In this document: positions 44,196-53,809 of the stretch, in pieces
Position numbering within the stretch: position 1 is the first letter of the stretch
Layout: the number at the start of each line of letters is the position of its first letter
Program-made: the position numbers and the translations under genes
Notes under the pieces: generated by a model
What the model saw: only the letters and a program-made list of their open reading frames with translations
Database searches by the model: none
What the model was told of the DNA's origin: nothing
Origin: Methanobacteriota archaeon
Lineage (GTDB): Archaea; Thermoplasmatota; Poseidoniia; Poseidoniales; Thalassarchaeaceae
NCBI GenBank assembly: GCA_016845365.1
Contig: JAERST010000011.1
Location: 1,044 to 65,043 of the forward strand
DNA length: 64,000 bases
Direction of reading: 5' to 3'

Positions 44196-46250
44196 GTGAA
44201 GACTCCAGGTCCGGGCATCGAGAGAATATTCTCTTGGTCGGCTCTCGATGAAAAAACCAGAGTGGCAATGATTGTCACAATTTTCCTCGCGGTCTCGATT
44301 GCGCCAACGGTAGGGCAGAGTATCGAGACCGGCTGGCAGAGCGTTGAGAGTGGAACAGAGGTTGACCTCAACGCGGCGGTTGTTCATGGATCTGAGATTT
44401 GGGCATTCGGCGATTCAGGCGTTGCGCTACTGAGTCAAGATCAGGGCAAGTCTTGGACAGTATTTGGTACACTTGGCGAGTCCAACCTAATCGCAGCAGA
44501 TTCTTCCGGCGATTCCGTCGCAGTGCTCGCCGACGATGGAATAATCCACCTAAAAGTCGGACTCGAGGGTGATTGGCAGACTCTCGATTCGGCTGCAAAT
44601 GGATTGAGGAGCATTGCCCTGTTGGATGCAAATTCGCTTGTTGCAGTTGGCGATTCGGGATTGATCCTCGAGTACTCGTCTGAAACTTGGCAAGACCGAA
44701 CTACAACATTTGTTGACAATCTCCACGACGTTTCTTTCCGAGACGAATCGAATGGATTCGCTGTTGGAGAGATGGGACTGATTCTGGCTACTACCGATGG
44801 TGGCCAATCTTGGGATTATCGCGAGGCCCCTGTGGGAGCTGAGCAATCTTCTCTAGTCTCTGTGGAATTTTTCAACCCCTATCGAATGTTTGCAATTAGT
44901 GATTCAGGGCAGATTCTCTACTCAACTTCTGTCGGCGGTCACGAGTGGTATTTGCGAGAAATCGAATCTGAAGGATACAATACCACGCTTGGAATTGAAC
45001 TCACTTCATTGAACGTGGTTTCCTCTTCGAAAATACTCTTCACGGGTGAGAATGGATTCCTTGGGTTGAGCCTTGACCAGGGATTGAATGTAGAGGAAAA
45101 TCTTCTGCCTGATGGCATCAGCACCTCCTTCAACGACCACGCGATGATCGACCATTTGGTCGGAGTTGTTGTTGGTGATGGAGGAGTAATTCTCTATACC
45201 GAAGCCTCTGGAGAAAATGACCAAGTCGGCTTCGAAATTCCCGATTACAATGATTTTGGAGAATTTGTTGAGTACGCAGATGACATGCTTCTGGGAGGAT
45301 TCATCGCAACTGTGAAAATCGTTCTCTTCGGAATTTTGTTTGGATTCTTTATCGGAGTATTCCTCGCGATGATGAAAACCGCACCAACCTCCTTCAAGAA
45401 TCTCTTCGAAGGTGTCCCATTGCCTTTCGTGAAGGCTACCGGAGCTGGCATGTTGGTCTTGGGATTGGGGTTGGTTTACACTGGTGGAAGTAAGTTCGGT
45501 GCGCTCGGTTTGGAAGGATTAGAATACATATTCACCCCTGTTGGCGAACCGAGAGGCTTTGCGATTTTTGCTGTCGGATTAGCACTGTTAGCACTTGGAA
45601 TCCAATTCATTAGAGCTGATGCAAAACTGAGTGGACCGCTCTTCAAAATCCGTCCTCTGAACACACTCGCTACTGTCTATACGGACTTCTTCCGTAACAC
45701 CCCGCTTATCGTGCAGTTCTTTTTCATCCATTTCGGATTGAATTTGGGAATGAGGCTGCAACAGATTTTCGTCGGCTCATTCGGCGAGGCCGGCACTGAC
45801 GGCCTCGACTACTTCTTGTACGGAGATCGTACCTTCTTGAGTTCAATTTTCACTCTTGGACTCAATTCGGGCGCATATCAATGTGAGACGATTCGAGGTG
45901 CGATTGCTGCGATACCAAGTGGTCAGATGGAAGCGGGACGCAGCATCGGATTGACTTATCTTGGAACAATGAAGTTGGTGATTATGCCACAAGCGATTAG
46001 AATATGCATTCCACCCATTGGCAACGAAATGGTGAATTTGGTTCTGAATTCATCTTTAGCGATGGTAATCGGTTATTCAGAACTCTCTCGACAGGGTCGT
46101 TTGATGGTTGCGACTACCTTCCAAATATTCTCAGCCTGGGGATTGGTGATGATTTCCTACTTCGTGGTGACTTGGACATTGGCTATGCTACTGCGAAGGC
46201 TTGAGGATTGGTCGAGAATTCCCGGCCTTGGGATTTCAGGAGGTGCATGA
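44196..46250 (+). CDS. Fusion protein: N-terminal Ycf48/BNR-like beta-propeller domain plus polar amino-acid ABC transporter permease
   Basis: N-terminal half: Asp-box/BNR motifs SQDQGKSW and TTDGGQSW, with repeated GDSG(L/V)xL strands. C-terminal half: FFRNTPLIVQFFFIHFGL and EAGRSIGLTYLGTMKLVIMPQAIRICIPPIGNE. TTCTATATCC lies about 26 nt upstream of GTG 44196; ATG 44268 is an alternative start. Confidence 0.8.
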   Translation: MKTPGPGIERIFSWSALDEKTRVAMIVTIFLAVSIAPTVGQSIETGWQSVESGTEVDLNAAVVHGSEIWAFGDSGVALLSQDQGKSWTVFGTLGESNLIAADSSGDSVAVLADDGIIHLKVGLEGDWQTLDSAANGLRSIALLDANSLVAVGDSGLILEYSSETWQDRTTTFVDNLHDVSFRDESNGFAVGEMGLILATTDGGQSWDYREAPVGAEQSSLVSVEFFNPYRMFAISDSGQILYSTSVGGHEWYLREIESEGYNTTLGIELTSLNVVSSSKILFTGENGFLGLSLDQGLNVEENLLPDGISTSFNDHAMIDHLVGVVVGDGGVILYTEASGENDQVGFEIPDYNDFGEFVEYADDMLLGGFIATVKIVLFGILFGFFIGVFLAMMKTAPTSFKNLFEGVPLPFVKATGAGMLVLGLGLVYTGGSKFGALGLEGLEYIFTPVGEPRGFAIFAVGLALLALGIQFIRADAKLSGPLFKIRPLNTLATVYTDFFRNTPLIVQFFFIHFGLNLGMRLQQIFVGSFGEAGTDGLDYFLYGDRTFLSSIFTLGLNSGAYQCETIRGAIAAIPSGQMEAGRSIGLTYLGTMKLVIMPQAIRICIPPIGNEMVNLVLNSSLAMVIGYSELSRQGRLMVATTFQIFSAWGLVMISYFVVTWTLAMLLRRLEDWSRIPGLGISGGA

Positions 46251-46994
46251 ATGCCTCAGCCGGTTCTTTCGATTCGTGACCTTCACAAAATCTACGCGGG
46301 CGGCGTTCATGCTGTTCGCGGTGTTTCCTTTGACGTCCATGAGGGTGAATCGGTTGCAATCATCGGTTCTTCCGGCTCAGGAAAATCGACCGTGTTGCGT
46401 TGTATCAATCGCTTGATTGAACCCAGTGATGGTGTAATTGAATTGCGTGGGGAGCAGATTAACACCCCGGGCGCCGATGTTAATGAGGTACGAAGTCGGA
46501 TTGGTATGGTCTTCCAATCCTTCGAATTATTTGCACATCTGAAGGTGTTGGACAATGTTACTCTAGGACTTCGTCATGTTCGTGGGATGAGTAAAAGCGA
46601 GGCCGAGGATGTTGCTCTGGAGGTTCTTGGCAGGGTCGATATGCTCGAGCGTGTCGATGCTTATCCCGGGAATTTATCGGGCGGACAAAAACAGCGTGTT
46701 GCCATTGCACGTGCGCTGGCAATGAAGCCCGAAGTGATTCTATTCGACGAGCCCACCAGCGCGCTCGACCCAGAATTGATCGGTTCAGTTCTGCAAACAA
46801 TTCGAGGCCTCGCGGATGAGGGGTTGACCATGGTAATCGTCACTCACGAGATTAATTTTGCACGCGATGTCGCCGACCGTATCGTCTACATGGACAAAGG
46901 ACAGGTCGCCGAGGAAGGACCCTCGTCAATCGTAAATGATCCGAAGAGTGAGAGGTTGCAGCAATTCCTTTCCTCGATGAACGAGGAAAACTGA
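46251..46994 (+). CDS. Polar amino-acid ABC transporter ATP-binding protein (GlnQ/HisP type)
   Basis: Walker A GSSGSGKST, signature LSGGQKQRVAIARAL, Walker B VILFDEPTSALD, H-loop VTHE. Its start abuts the permease stop. Confidence 0.92.
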   Translation: MPQPVLSIRDLHKIYAGGVHAVRGVSFDVHEGESVAIIGSSGSGKSTVLRCINRLIEPSDGVIELRGEQINTPGADVNEVRSRIGMVFQSFELFAHLKVLDNVTLGLRHVRGMSKSEAEDVALEVLGRVDMLERVDAYPGNLSGGQKQRVAIARALAMKPEVILFDEPTSALDPELIGSVLQTIRGLADEGLTMVIVTHEINFARDVADRIVYMDKGQVAEEGPSSIVNDPKSERLQQFLSSMNEEN

Positions 46995-47050
46995 ACGTAG
47001 AGAGAATCTACAGGGGTGCGTGCCCCGCTCCTCAGAGCTAAAGTTTCAGT

Positions 47051-48553
<1,503 letters not shown>

Positions 48554-49870
48554 TCAATTGAATAGATGATTCTCGACCAATCTCGCGACATTTTTCTGGT
48601 GGCCGGGTAGTGTCATGACGTAAACCGCCGCTTGGCTCACCTGCCTCTTGCGCAAGGCTTCGGCAATGGGAGTGTGTTCGCGGAACCAGCGTGTTCTACC
48701 GTCGTCGCCGACGATGCGGATGTCTACGGCTGCCATGCGAGGCTCGGAAAGAAGCAACTTGACGCTCGGGACATCGACGGCGACGTACCCCGGTTCTAAT
48801 CCTGCACGGTGGGCTAAATCATCCTCGACTTGGCATCGCTTTTCTGAATCGGTAGCGATTTCGACGAGCCTAGCGATTTGCTCGGGGGTCAGCTCTTCTT
48901 GGCGGCGGCTCGTCGCAACCTTGAGCATTTGCCGATACTTGAGCCGGCGCATCATATCTCGAGCATAATCGCCGGCTTCGTAGAGGGCTTGCCAGATTTC
49001 AGCGTCAACTCTGCGCTGCATATCTGTGGGTTCTGGCAATTGGTCTGCGCTACGCTCAACCGCCCGGCTCAGCATGACTTCGGTGACTCGGGTCACTCGG
49101 TGGAAGTAGACTGCGCTGTACATTAGGCCGCGTGCCATCAACATGCCTTCGAGCGCGGCCAAACCGCCTTCCTCAACTGCGACATCGCCGCCGTGTCGGC
49201 GTAGGCAACTGATCAGGCGGCGATGATCGACGATTCCATGCTTAACTCCAGTAAAGTGGGAATCGCGCAATAAGTAATCCAATTGGTCACAATCGACCGG
49301 ACCGTGAACCAGATTTCCGAGCGTCCGGTCGTTAGAAACCAAATCCTCCTTTCCATCGGTCCATGAAAGCAAAGTCCGCTCTGTACCACGAGCATCCGGA
49401 CCGCGGATCAGGGCAGCGACATCCTCAGGCTCGATTCCATGGGCTTCGAGGATGTCTGGGATTCTTCGGCGCTCAGGAACAGACGACTCCTCACCCTCGC
49501 GCAATACATCGTAATCCCCGAGAATAATCCCCTCGGTAATCGACATGTGATCCAGTCCACCCCTCTCGTGTAAGATGTGTTCGAGAGTGTGCGAATAGGG
49601 GCCATGCCCAACGTCGTGGAGCATTCCGGCAACCTGAACTAGAGTCTTCTCGGATTCGTCGAGACCAATCGAATCAGCCATCATTCCACCAACATGTGAG
49701 ACTCCCAATGAATGCTCAAAGCGAGTGTGGTGCGCCCCGGGGAAAACCAGGTGAGCGAGGCCCAATTGCTTGATGTGACTGAGTTTGTTCATCTCGGGAG
49801 TATCGAGTAAATCCGAGCGGACCCCCTCGAGCTGAAATTGTCCATGGATAGCGTCGTTGATGACCTTCAT
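48554..49870 (-). CDS. HD-domain dNTP triphosphohydrolase-like protein (COG1078/SAMHD1-like)
   Basis: HTRFEHSLGVSHV, HDVGHGPYSH, DQLDYLLRDSHFTGV. Confidence 0.85.
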   Translation of the reverse strand: MKVINDAIHGQFQLEGVRSDLLDTPEMNKLSHIKQLGLAHLVFPGAHHTRFEHSLGVSHVGGMMADSIGLDESEKTLVQVAGMLHDVGHGPYSHTLEHILHERGGLDHMSITEGIILGDYDVLREGEESSVPERRRIPDILEAHGIEPEDVAALIRGPDARGTERTLLSWTDGKEDLVSNDRTLGNLVHGPVDCDQLDYLLRDSHFTGVKHGIVDHRRLISCLRRHGGDVAVEEGGLAALEGMLMARGLMYSAVYFHRVTRVTEVMLSRAVERSADQLPEPTDMQRRVDAEIWQALYEAGDYARDMMRRLKYRQMLKVATSRRQEELTPEQIARLVEIATDSEKRCQVEDDLAHRAGLEPGYVAVDVPSVKLLLSEPRMAAVDIRIVGDDGRTRWFREHTPIAEALRKRQVSQAAVYVMTLPGHQKNVARLVENHLFN

Positions 49871-49981
49871 GGCAAACCCTGCGCGATGCCGACTCGCTCA
49901 TCCGCCTTCAACTGAACTACGCGGGTGGGGGCTCGGCGAATGCAAGAATCAACAGAATTCGAGAAAAATCCCCTCGCGCAG

Positions 49982-50005
49982 TTTGATTCAAATGTCTTTC
50001 AAATG
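49982..50005 (+). promoter_or_regulatory. Operator-like repeats upstream of the tandem-RHH gene
   Basis: Palindrome TTTGA-T-TCAAA (49982-49992). Direct repeat TTCAAATG at 49987-49994 and 49998-50005, spaced 11 bp apart. It is followed by CTTAATA (about 50013) and AGGAGGA (50043-50049). Confidence 0.35.
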
Positions 50006-50057
50006 CAATACACTTAATACCCCCCCTCTGTCTTGGAGGCTCAGGAGGAAAGCCGGA

Positions 50058-50423
50058 GTGTCAGGTCACAGCCCGATGGTATCGCTCAGAATACCCGAAG
50101 ACCACTTGCTCGAACTCGAGCGCAGGGTCGGATTCGATGGGATGCGAAACAGGTCCGACGTGATCCGAGAAGCCGTCAGGCGTTACTTGGCCACACCAGC
50201 AATTTCCTCCGGTACCCGCGTCGAGGTCGACCTCGGACCGGACCTCAGCGCTCGCCTGGAGGACTTCTGTCGAATCCATGGCGAGATGCCTGATGTCGTT
50301 CTGAGATATGCGGCGCGCGAGCACATCGCGCGCGCATCGGCTGATGACGCCACGGTCGATGCGGCGCTGCGCAAGCGCCTCGACGAGCTCCGTGCTCGCT
50401 TCGACGAATCGACCGGACAATGA
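50058..50423 (+). CDS. CopG/RHH-family DNA-binding protein with two RHH modules in one chain
   Basis: Module 1: VSLRIPEDHLLELERRVGFDGMRNRSDVIREAVRRYL. Module 2: VEVDLGPDLSARLEDFCRIHGEMPDVVLRYAAREHI. GTG 50058 lies 8 nt after AGGAGGA; ATG 50076 is an alternative start. Confidence 0.6.
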   Translation: MSGHSPMVSLRIPEDHLLELERRVGFDGMRNRSDVIREAVRRYLATPAISSGTRVEVDLGPDLSARLEDFCRIHGEMPDVVLRYAAREHIARASADDATVDAALRKRLDELRARFDESTGQ

Positions 50424-50463
50424 GGTGAGAGACTTGGGTGAGAATGGGATGCACTCTAACTCC

Positions 50464-50698
50464 GCGGGGGGGCGACCACGTCGCCCCTCCGCACAACACC
50501 CCTCAAAGGCAAGGATAACCGTTGGATTCGGCGGACTGCGCCGCCGCGCGCGACTGTCAAACGCAGTCGGATATACTGCTCGTGAAGCACCTCGAAGCGA
50601 GCGACCGAACCTCTCAACACGAAGTCGACACCACGATCTCGAGAAGCGAGAGAATTGAGAATCAACACACACACCGTCCCGCCCACCTCGGGCGGGAC
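50464..50698 (+). other. Hairpin-rich GC-rich spacer between the RHH gene and the receiver/PEP-binding protein gene
   Basis: 13-bp stem GCGGGGGGGCGAC-CAC-GTCGCCCCTCCGC (50464-50492). Competing arms GGACTGCG (50533-50540) and CGACTG (50551-50556) share the partner CGCAGTCG (50562-50569). 9-bp stem GTCCCGCCC-ACCTC-GGGCGGGAC (50676-50698), preceded by a (CA)n run. Confidence 0.5.
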
Positions 50699-50803
50699 AC
50701 CTCAATTAGCTCCCAATTCACCTGCAATTTCCAGCCACAACACCCCTAATCCAACTGACTGTGCAGTCTGAACCTTGATGGGTGAGAAGCCGAATCAGGC
50801 ATC

Positions 50804-53716
50804 ATGGCGGTTGGCATCTCCGACCTCGCACGCTTCGAGAGGCTCACCCCTTTTCGCGTGCGAGATGTACTCCTCGTCGCCAGCCCATTCGACCACTATC
50901 TACTGGAGGAATCGGGCCATCTCGCCGAAATTATGCGACAGGAGTACAAGGACCTCAATCTCTCTCAAGCCCCGCGAATGATTCACAGCCCCCAAGCAAA
51001 AGATGCCCTCGAATTGCTACGCACGAGAAGTTTCGACCTCGTCATCACGATGGCGAGAGTCGGTGCCATGGATGCATACGCCTTCGGCCGGGAAGCAAAG
51101 CGCATCAAAACAGACCTTCCGGTAGTTATGCTCAGCCACAATACCCGCGAATTAGCAACATTACACGCGGGCGACGGAATCGACCGAATTTTCGTCTGGA
51201 CCGGCGATAGTCGAATCCTACTCTCGATTTGCAAACTAATCGAGGATGAACACAATGTCGCAAACGATGTCGAAAATGCTGACGTCCAAGTCATCCTTCT
51301 AGTCGAAGACAGTCGTCGATTCTACTCAGCCTACCTACCACTCCTCTACACCCAGCTCGTCCATCAGACCATGCGGCTGATGGGAGAAGGCGGAAACCTC
51401 CACGAGAGGCTGCTGAGACTGCGCGCGCGAGCCAAGATTTTGCTAGCCAGCGATTACCAAACCGCGCAGGAATTATTCGACAAATATCATCACAATATCA
51501 TCGGGGTTTTCACCGACGGAAAATTCCCCGACCCAGTCGATGGAAGGGATACTGCTGGGTTGAAGTTGGCGAGTTACGCCAGAGAGCGTCACTCGAATCT
51601 ACCGATTTTATTCCAATCAAAAAATGCTGAATTGAAGGGAGATGCGGAGGCCCTGGGAGTGAGGTTTTTGCACAAGGAAGACCCTCAGTTGTACGCCCGA
51701 ATCGCCGAGTTTATGCTTGAAGAAATGAGCTTTGGTGACTTCGTTTTCAAGATGCCAGATGGGGCTGAAATCGCTCGTGCTTCGACGCTTAGAGAGTTGA
51801 CTGAGAGGCTGAAGGAGGTCCCGATTGAGTCGGTTGAATACCATGCCCAACGCAACCATTTCTCACACTGGTTACGCACTCGCACAGAGTTCACTTTGGC
51901 CGCAAGCCTACGTCCCATGACGCTGTCGGATTTTGAGACGACAGAGGAGATTCGCCGATTTATTCTCGAGACGATTGAGGCGCACATTGCACAGATTCAC
52001 AGCAGGACGATTCGAGACCACGATGCTGAGAGCCTCGAGATTGGGTTCCACCGGATTGGCCGGGGGAGTCTGGGCGGGAAGGGTCGTGGTCTCGCCTTTT
52101 TCTTTACGCGGATGCCTGACCTCGGGCTTGAGGATGAATTCCCCGATGTTGATTTCATTGTGCCGAGGTCGGTTGTGCTTGCGACGGATGTATTCGACGA
52201 ATTCATCGAAGCGAATGGGTTAGCGAATTATGCCCATGAGGATCTCGATGATTCGGAGGTTGATCGAGCCTTTTTGGCGGGAGAGTTGAGTGGCTCGATT
52301 CGCGATGAATTGACTGCGATGGTCTCGCAATTGAGGCGGCCGTTGGCGATTCGCTCATCGAGCCTATTGGAAGATGCCAGTCACCAACCATTCGCGGGTG
52401 TTTATGCCACGCACATGCTTGCGAATGACCACGATGATGTCTCGGTTCGTTTGGCACGATTGGAGGAGGCTATCAAAATGGTTTATGCCTCGACATATCA
52501 CAAGAGTGCTAAGGCATATGTTTCAGCGACGCCATCCAATATCGAAGATGAACGGATGGCAGTGGTGATTCAGGAACTGGTTGGAAGAGAGGTGAATGGT
52601 CGATATTATCCACATATTTCTGGGGCGGCGCGGTCTCGAAATCACTACCCAGTCGCGCCGCTGCGAGCCGAGGACGGGATTGCAGCGGTTTGTATCGGCC
52701 TCGGCCGGCAGGTCGCCTCGGGCGAGAAATGTCTGAGATTCAGCCCGGGGCAACCTAAGCGAATTCATCAATTTCACAGCACAGCCTCGATGTTGGACAC
52801 TTCGCAAACCAGTTTTTGGGCGATTCCGATGGGAGAATCTGAGAAGCCGGTCTCGCCGGACGAAGCAGAGAATTTGGTGAACCTCGGATTATGGGAGGCA
52901 GAGACCGATGGGCGACTCGGCTTGGTCGGTTCGACCTATGTCACGGCTGACGATAGGATGGTCGACTCTGTGAAGACCGGAGGAGGCCCAAGAGTGGTAA
53001 CTTTCGCACCGGTTCTCAAACACAATCGCGTTCCTCTGGCAGGGATTTTACACCATGTTCTGACCAGATGTGAAGCCTACCTGAATTCGCCCATAGAAAT
53101 TGAATTCGCCTTCATCACCGATGATGAGACGGACCAGCAAATATTCGCTCTACTGCAGGTCCGTCCGATGTTAGAAGAGTCGGTCGACATCGATATCGAC
53201 ATGAGTGAAGTCGACCGAAACCGAGCGATTTGCATGTCTAGCCGCTCGCTCGGCAATGGGGTAATCGATGATATTCAGGATGTAGTCTACATCCACCCTG
53301 AACGCCTCGACCGAATGCGAACCGGCAATCTCACCGACCATATCGAGGCAATCGATGCACAATTGAGAGCAGCAGGTCGGCCCTACCTGCTAATCGGTCC
53401 CGGCCGATGGGGTTCGTCAGACCCTTCGCTTGGCATTCCAGTATCTTGGGACCAAATTAGGGGGGCGAAGGCGATTGTCGAGGTGCCGATGTCCGATATC
53501 CACGTCGAGCCAAGTCAAGGAACTCATTTCTTCCAAAATATTGTCTCATTTCACATCGGATATCTGACGATAACCGCAGACGATATGCTCGATTTCGAAT
53601 GGTTAGATCGGGTTGAACACGAGACTGAAATCGGCCCACTGCGACACATCGGCCTCAATAAACCATTGAAAGTGGTCCTCGATAGTCGGGACTCAGAAGC
53701 GATAATCCTGCGCTGA
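50804..53716 (+). CDS. Receiver-like domains fused to a PEP/pyruvate-binding (PPDK N-terminal, ATP-grasp-like) domain protein
   Basis: 970 aa. N-terminal CheY-like segments (VRDVLLVASPFDHYLLEE; VQVILLVEDSRRFYSAYLP). Central GRGSLGGKGRGLAFF and RSSSLLEDASHQPFAGVY are typical of the PPDK_N family as remembered. Confidence 0.7.
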   Translation: MAVGISDLARFERLTPFRVRDVLLVASPFDHYLLEESGHLAEIMRQEYKDLNLSQAPRMIHSPQAKDALELLRTRSFDLVITMARVGAMDAYAFGREAKRIKTDLPVVMLSHNTRELATLHAGDGIDRIFVWTGDSRILLSICKLIEDEHNVANDVENADVQVILLVEDSRRFYSAYLPLLYTQLVHQTMRLMGEGGNLHERLLRLRARAKILLASDYQTAQELFDKYHHNIIGVFTDGKFPDPVDGRDTAGLKLASYARERHSNLPILFQSKNAELKGDAEALGVRFLHKEDPQLYARIAEFMLEEMSFGDFVFKMPDGAEIARASTLRELTERLKEVPIESVEYHAQRNHFSHWLRTRTEFTLAASLRPMTLSDFETTEEIRRFILETIEAHIAQIHSRTIRDHDAESLEIGFHRIGRGSLGGKGRGLAFFFTRMPDLGLEDEFPDVDFIVPRSVVLATDVFDEFIEANGLANYAHEDLDDSEVDRAFLAGELSGSIRDELTAMVSQLRRPLAIRSSSLLEDASHQPFAGVYATHMLANDHDDVSVRLARLEEAIKMVYASTYHKSAKAYVSATPSNIEDERMAVVIQELVGREVNGRYYPHISGAARSRNHYPVAPLRAEDGIAAVCIGLGRQVASGEKCLRFSPGQPKRIHQFHSTASMLDTSQTSFWAIPMGESEKPVSPDEAENLVNLGLWEAETDGRLGLVGSTYVTADDRMVDSVKTGGGPRVVTFAPVLKHNRVPLAGILHHVLTRCEAYLNSPIEIEFAFITDDETDQQIFALLQVRPMLEESVDIDIDMSEVDRNRAICMSSRSLGNGVIDDIQDVVYIHPERLDRMRTGNLTDHIEAIDAQLRAAGRPYLLIGPGRWGSSDPSLGIPVSWDQIRGAKAIVEVPMSDIHVEPSQGTHFFQNIVSFHIGYLTITADDMLDFEWLDRVEHETEIGPLRHIGLNKPLKVVLDSRDSEAIILR

Positions 53717-53809
53717 CCCTTGAGAGCCTTGCCACTCTGACGGCTTTGGCTCGTTCTGACTTAACTTCGGGCCAATCTTCTTGGGCGTTCTAGCGACAGG
53801 ACGGATTCC

